Virus record (IMG/VR): IMGVR_UViG_3300033080_000004
Location: 1 to 54,199 of that record
Source: a virus
Lineage: Duplodnaviria; Caudoviricetes
Strand: one strand, 5' to 3'
Length of the DNA stretch: 54,199 nt
Shown here: piece by piece, positions 50,335 through 54,199 of the stretch
Numbering within the stretch: position 1 is the stretch's first letter
Layout of the letters: each line of letters starts with the position of its first letter
Translations under genes and position numbers: made by a program
The notes under the pieces: generated by a model
What the model was told of the DNA's origin: nothing
Databases searched by the model: none
Seen by the model: the letters and a program-made list of their open reading frames with translations, nothing else

Positions 50335-50871
50335 ATGGCCATTTTACCCGACCAAATCCTACCTACTGGCGTTAACGTTATTGATGTCGCATCATCTCTA
50401 GCAGGCCAATCCGTTGCAATTTCTTCACTCGGTGTTGATACGGCTATTCCCATTAAGATCGCACCCAAAGGCAATGCCCCCGTAGCTTTAGCTGGCACCT
50501 TGTCTAGTTACTTAGTTCCTACTGCCGTATCTACTGATGCCGCCACTACCTTAACTACTGCCGCTGTATTAGGCGGCTTAATCGTGCGATCTGGTGCCAC
50601 CGCTGGGCGTACCGACACCTTACCTACTGCCGCTCAATTAGTCACTGCCGTTGGTAATTTTTTGGTTATCGGTTCTGTTATTGAGTTTGATGTTCGTAAT
50701 ACATCAGGTCAAACAATTACCGTTGCCGTCGGTACTGGCATCACCTCTGCGGCTGGCAATACCTTAACCATCGCTACTTTAAGTACTCGCAAATTTGTTT
50801 TAGTATTTACTGGCGTTGCAACTGGTTCTGAATCCGCTACTCTGTACTCTACCGCTGTTTCTTTGCATTAA
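50335..50871 (+). CDS. probable virion structural/decoration protein
   Basis: Thr/Ala/Gly-rich, TDTLPTAA motif, own promoter and terminator. Confidence 0.6.
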   Translation: MAILPDQILPTGVNVIDVASSLAGQSVAISSLGVDTAIPIKIAPKGNAPVALAGTLSSYLVPTAVSTDAATTLTTAAVLGGLIVRSGATAGRTDTLPTAAQLVTAVGNFLVIGSVIEFDVRNTSGQTITVAVGTGITSAAGNTLTIATLSTRKFVLVFTGVATGSESATLYSTAVSLH

Positions 50872-50879
50872 TTTCATAT

Positions 50880-50921
50880 AAAAAACCTGATCGCATTCCA
50901 TTGGAATGCGATCAGGTTTTT
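50880..50921. terminator. bidirectional intrinsic terminator
   Basis: AAAAAACCTGATCGCATTCCA-T-TGGAATGCGATCAGGTTTTTT between convergent genes. Confidence 0.85.
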
Positions 50922-50958
50922 GGAATGCGATCGGGTTTTAAGTATTCACTAGTAGTTG

Positions 50959-51720
50959 TTAATCATCTTCAGTAGGCAATGGTTTGTTAATATCGAATTT
51001 AACATTTCCGATTAGCGAACGGGCGCGATCTAGCAAGTCTGATAGATAATTATTACTATGGGGTTTAGGCGGCGATCCTGTTAAGCATCTATCAGGGTGA
51101 ATGATACTGTCATTATCAAGATTTAGATTCACCCAAGCCACAGCCTCTTGATAGGACTCAAAACAAACAAACTCATTCAAGACATACATGCTATTATCAT
51201 GTAGCCACCAAGGATCGCCCAAATAATCGCGCCGTAGCGTCATGTTTGCACATCTAATAATCCATTTGTCTTGATGCGGCTCAATGATTATTCTGTTAAA
51301 AGGCTCTGTCCAGTAGGTCGTTATCGCAATTACATCATCGTTAAAATTCAGAAGCGCATCTACTGACACGATCGCGTACTCATTAAAAGGTGTATGCCAT
51401 GACCAGTGGTTAGGCAATGTAAAGCCAAAACCGATCGTCGTTGGTACTTTATACGGATAGTATGGCTGATCATCAACCTCAACACCGCCGATCCTTAATG
51501 AGTAGTTGCCTAGCCAGAGATAAAATCCAACATAGCAAGCATCAAGGCTATAGGTAAGCGATCGCAGGTCATCAGTTTTATTACTGGCTTTGATAGCGAT
51601 TTTGCTTAATCGATTGATCGCGCTTTCAATTACCCCTACTAGAGCTTCTGTTAAAGTGATCGCCAGTAGCAGGGTTCCAAGGGCGATCGTGGTTAGTGAA
51701 AGTTTAATGGTTTGTGTCAT
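50959..51720 (-). CDS. hypothetical protein with N-terminal hydrophobic segment
   Basis: 253-aa ATG ORF. Confidence 0.6.
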   Translation of the reverse strand: MTQTIKLSLTTIALGTLLLAITLTEALVGVIESAINRLSKIAIKASNKTDDLRSLTYSLDACYVGFYLWLGNYSLRIGGVEVDDQPYYPYKVPTTIGFGFTLPNHWSWHTPFNEYAIVSVDALLNFNDDVIAITTYWTEPFNRIIIEPHQDKWIIRCANMTLRRDYLGDPWWLHDNSMYVLNEFVCFESYQEAVAWVNLNLDNDSIIHPDRCLTGSPPKPHSNNYLSDLLDRARSLIGNVKFDINKPLPTEDD

Positions 51721-51998
51721 GGTTTTCTTTTGTTGTTGAGTTGAATGGGCGATCGCTGATTACTCTTATCTTTGGTGAGCTAATCCTTTAAATACTCAGC
51801 ATAAAGATAAGTAGCATTTTTGGGTGTATCTGAGCTATTCCACTCAGGAAAAGGCTTGGTAAAGACGTGAATCAACTCCTCTCTTTTCCCATAAAGATCG
51901 CAAAGATAAAGATGTGGATATTTTTTACTGAGTTCGCTATGAACTTATCCTGCGTAACGGGAATCAATGCGTAGAACGTGACGTACTTGATTTAGGTA

Positions 51999-52310
51999 TT
52001 AAGACTCAAATATGGGGCGATCGCCAGCAAATGAATCACCTAGATCTGGCACAATAGCATCAAATTCACGGCGCAACGGAACTATCCGAGCGGTAAATAC
52101 TTCGCCCCATTCCTTGTTACCACCCCAATAACGGCATTTACCTGTTTCAGGATTATAGGGCGTATCATCGTGCCTAGCAATCAGTTTGCGATCGCCTATC
52201 CGCACCTTAGTAAATGACCAAAATTCCAGAGCGATGTCGAAAACACTACTGGATTTTGGATGAAATTCTTGCAGCAAAACAGTATCACCTTCTTTGATGT
52301 TTTTACCCAT
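51999..52310 (-). CDS. hypothetical protein
   Basis: Downstream of the promoter near 52441. Confidence 0.55.
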   Translation of the reverse strand: MGKNIKEGDTVLLQEFHPKSSSVFDIALEFWSFTKVRIGDRKLIARHDDTPYNPETGKCRYWGGNKEWGEVFTARIVPLRREFDAIVPDLGDSFAGDRPIFES

Positions 52311-52510
52311 TCTGCATATTGATCTTCGATATTTAGGGATCGATGCCGTGGCACGATATGAAGCAATTGGCCGTAACTCATTTTTTGTTATCCCTTTAAT
52401 GTGATTAACCTTATTTATATATAGCCTTTATTAAGCGGTTTGTCAATAGGTAATTTAAAATAAAGCGCGATCACCCATAATTAAAATAGAAGCAAACACC
52501 ACACAGAAAA

Positions 52511-52753
52511 ATGCAACAAATCACAATCAACAAGGCTGGCAAGGAAGTCTACAGTACGGAGTTATTAGTGGATGGCAATTTAATGGAATGTGCCACTGAG
52601 GTGATAATGTTTAGCGCAGAAGACGTTCCATACATTCACATCAAACACTACCCATTAAGTCCAGAAGGTGAGATTAACTTAAAATTACCTCCAGTAGTTG
52701 ACACCTACAAGATCGTCACAGGAACGATAGATCTTCAAGTAGAGAAGTGTTAG
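52511..52753 (+). CDS. hypothetical protein
   Basis: Follows TAAAATAGAA; 6 nt upstream of the tail I gene. Confidence 0.6.
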   Translation: MQQITINKAGKEVYSTELLVDGNLMECATEVIMFSAEDVPYIHIKHYPLSPEGEINLKLPPVVDTYKIVTGTIDLQVEKC

Positions 52754-52759
52754 GTAAAG

Positions 52760-53359
52760 ATGGCAATTACTAAAATCAAGCTATTGGGCAAGTTAGGTCA
52801 AACTTTCGGTAGAGAATACGAATTTGACATCAACACACCACAGGACGCAATAAAAGCACTATCCGCGAACTTTCCTGACTTCTTAACGTACCTGCAAAAT
52901 TCAGAAAACAATAATATTGGCTACAGGTTCCTAACAGGCGATTGCCCGCTTGCAGAATCAGAGCTATGCGATCCAATTAGCGCCAATCGCCCGCTGATTA
53001 TTGCTCCTACTATCCACGGCAGCGGCGCGATCGGGCGGATTATTGCAGGCGCGGCATTGGTTGGGTTAGCGTTTCTAGTTCCTGGTGGCATCCTTGGTAT
53101 TGGTGCGACTAACCTAGGGCTGATTGGCGGCTCGCTATTGTTGGGCGGTATTGCTTCGTTGCTCGCGGGTACACCACAATCAACAGTACGCGCTGAGTCG
53201 TTTAATTTCGACGGCGCGGTTAACACAACAAGGCAAGGGGTGCCAGTACCCCTTGCCTATGGCGAGTTAATTATTGGATCGGTTGTGATTAGCTCGCGTG
53301 TGACAACCGATAACTTGTCACTTAATTTTGTGTTGCCTGCTCAGACATTACCTGCTTAG
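52760..53359 (+). CDS. tail assembly protein I (lambda gpI-like)
   Basis: L.G.LG..FGR, A..AL..N.P.F and SF.F.G.VNT..QGVPVPLAYGE...GS.VIS. Confidence 0.92.
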   Translation: MAITKIKLLGKLGQTFGREYEFDINTPQDAIKALSANFPDFLTYLQNSENNNIGYRFLTGDCPLAESELCDPISANRPLIIAPTIHGSGAIGRIIAGAALVGLAFLVPGGILGIGATNLGLIGGSLLLGGIASLLAGTPQSTVRAESFNFDGAVNTTRQGVPVPLAYGELIIGSVVISSRVTTDNLSLNFVLPAQTLPA

Positions 53360-53398
53360 GTGTGTATTCAGCAGCGATTTCGGCAAGATATGGGTTGA

Positions 53399-53637
53399 CT
53401 TTTGGCGGCAAACCTGAAAGATCCCGCGATATCCGACACTGTTAAGCGTATGAAAGCCTACTTTGACCGCCATCAGGTTGATAAGCAGGGATCGACTTGG
53501 AGCGAACAGGGACGTGGGTGGATAGCTTAGCAGTGCTGGGGTGGTGACGAGGCTTATACATGGGCTAAAGCAATTATTAAACGGCATGACGTGGCGATAA
53601 AGCTTAAGAAAGCGATCGCTAGTTCAAAAAATCAATA
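53399..53637 (+). pseudogene. fragment of a phage gene with an in-frame TAG
   Basis: SDTVKRMKAYFDRHQVDKQG...GWIA*QCWGGDEAYTWAK; TAG at 53528-53530 where I recall W in this motif family. Confidence 0.6.
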
Positions 53638-54005
53638 ATCTCTTTTATCTTGCAATTGATCAGCGCCAATAACCCGCGATCGCTCTTTGAGTTCATTGAT
53701 AATCTTTCACGATCAATAGCATTTAACCTGTAGCGATCTTCTGGATCTGCGTAGCTATATTCGTAGTGTTCTGGCAATTCATTTGTAAAGCCTGAAGAAG
53801 GGAAATATAATGACAGCGCCTTTAACATGTTCGTTCTGTAGATGGTAGGAACCCATTCAACGCAATTCACCCTAGCTCTTGAATCTATTCTGGGCTTGAT
53901 AAATACTGAGAACTCTTTTGCAAGATCCTCGCTCATAAATATACCAAAATAGTTACATCTATAGCTAACATACCAACATTCAATCTCCGATAGTTTCTTA
54001 TCCAT
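53619..54005 (-). CDS. hypothetical protein
   Basis: ATG ORF. Confidence 0.55.
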   Translation of the reverse strand: MDKKLSEIECWYVSYRCNYFGIFMSEDLAKEFSVFIKPRIDSRARVNCVEWVPTIYRTNMLKALSLYFPSSGFTNELPEHYEYSYADPEDRYRLNAIDRERLSMNSKSDRGLLALINCKIKEIIDFLN

Positions 54006-54199
54006 TAATAATCTCTCTTGCTTTGTGGCTTACCAATGCCAGCACTACGGCGCGATCGCTTTTTAGTTGCCTTGGTAATCCTTACTTTACATCCTTGCTG
54101 ACGTTCTAATAGTGTGATCGCGTCATCAGGATTAGCACCCGTATAGACGTCATATTGAGATCGGAAGAGCGTCGTGTAGGGAAAGAGTGTAGGATAGCG

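Noticed and set aside
1-54199. Integrase, transposase, reverse transcriptase/DGR, terminase or major capsid genes
   Set aside because: No motifs for these were recognised in this window.

Overview
A 54-kb segment of a large, probably temperate or plasmid-like siphovirus of a cyanobacterium. HIP1 (GCGATCGC) is very frequent and the dnaN is cyanobacterial-type. The lambda-like tail genes (tube, frameshifted assembly chaperone, tape measure, L-, K- and I-like) and an endolysin are not in one operon. They are scattered over about 47 kb among many small minus-strand accessory genes, which are driven by about 22 related sigma70-type promoters. The window also holds a beta clamp, a Panacea/SocA antitoxin, ParB-like, GIY-YIG, KilA-N, HTH, HAD and metallophosphoesterase genes, tRNA-fMet, an atypical tRNA-like gene and an iteron-rich candidate origin (about 35.3-35.9 kb). 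Three observations stand out. (1) Four covarying stem-bulge RNA modules lie directly upstream of a ROT/TROVE-like+TerD gene, a candidate Ro/Y-RNA-like ribonucleoprotein system. (2) Three lysine-rich proteins share a ~40-aa N-terminal tag but carry different C-terminal domains (GNAT, zincin, unknown). (3) A conserved structured 5' leader precedes three tail genes. All product calls come from motif recognition by eye; no database search was run.
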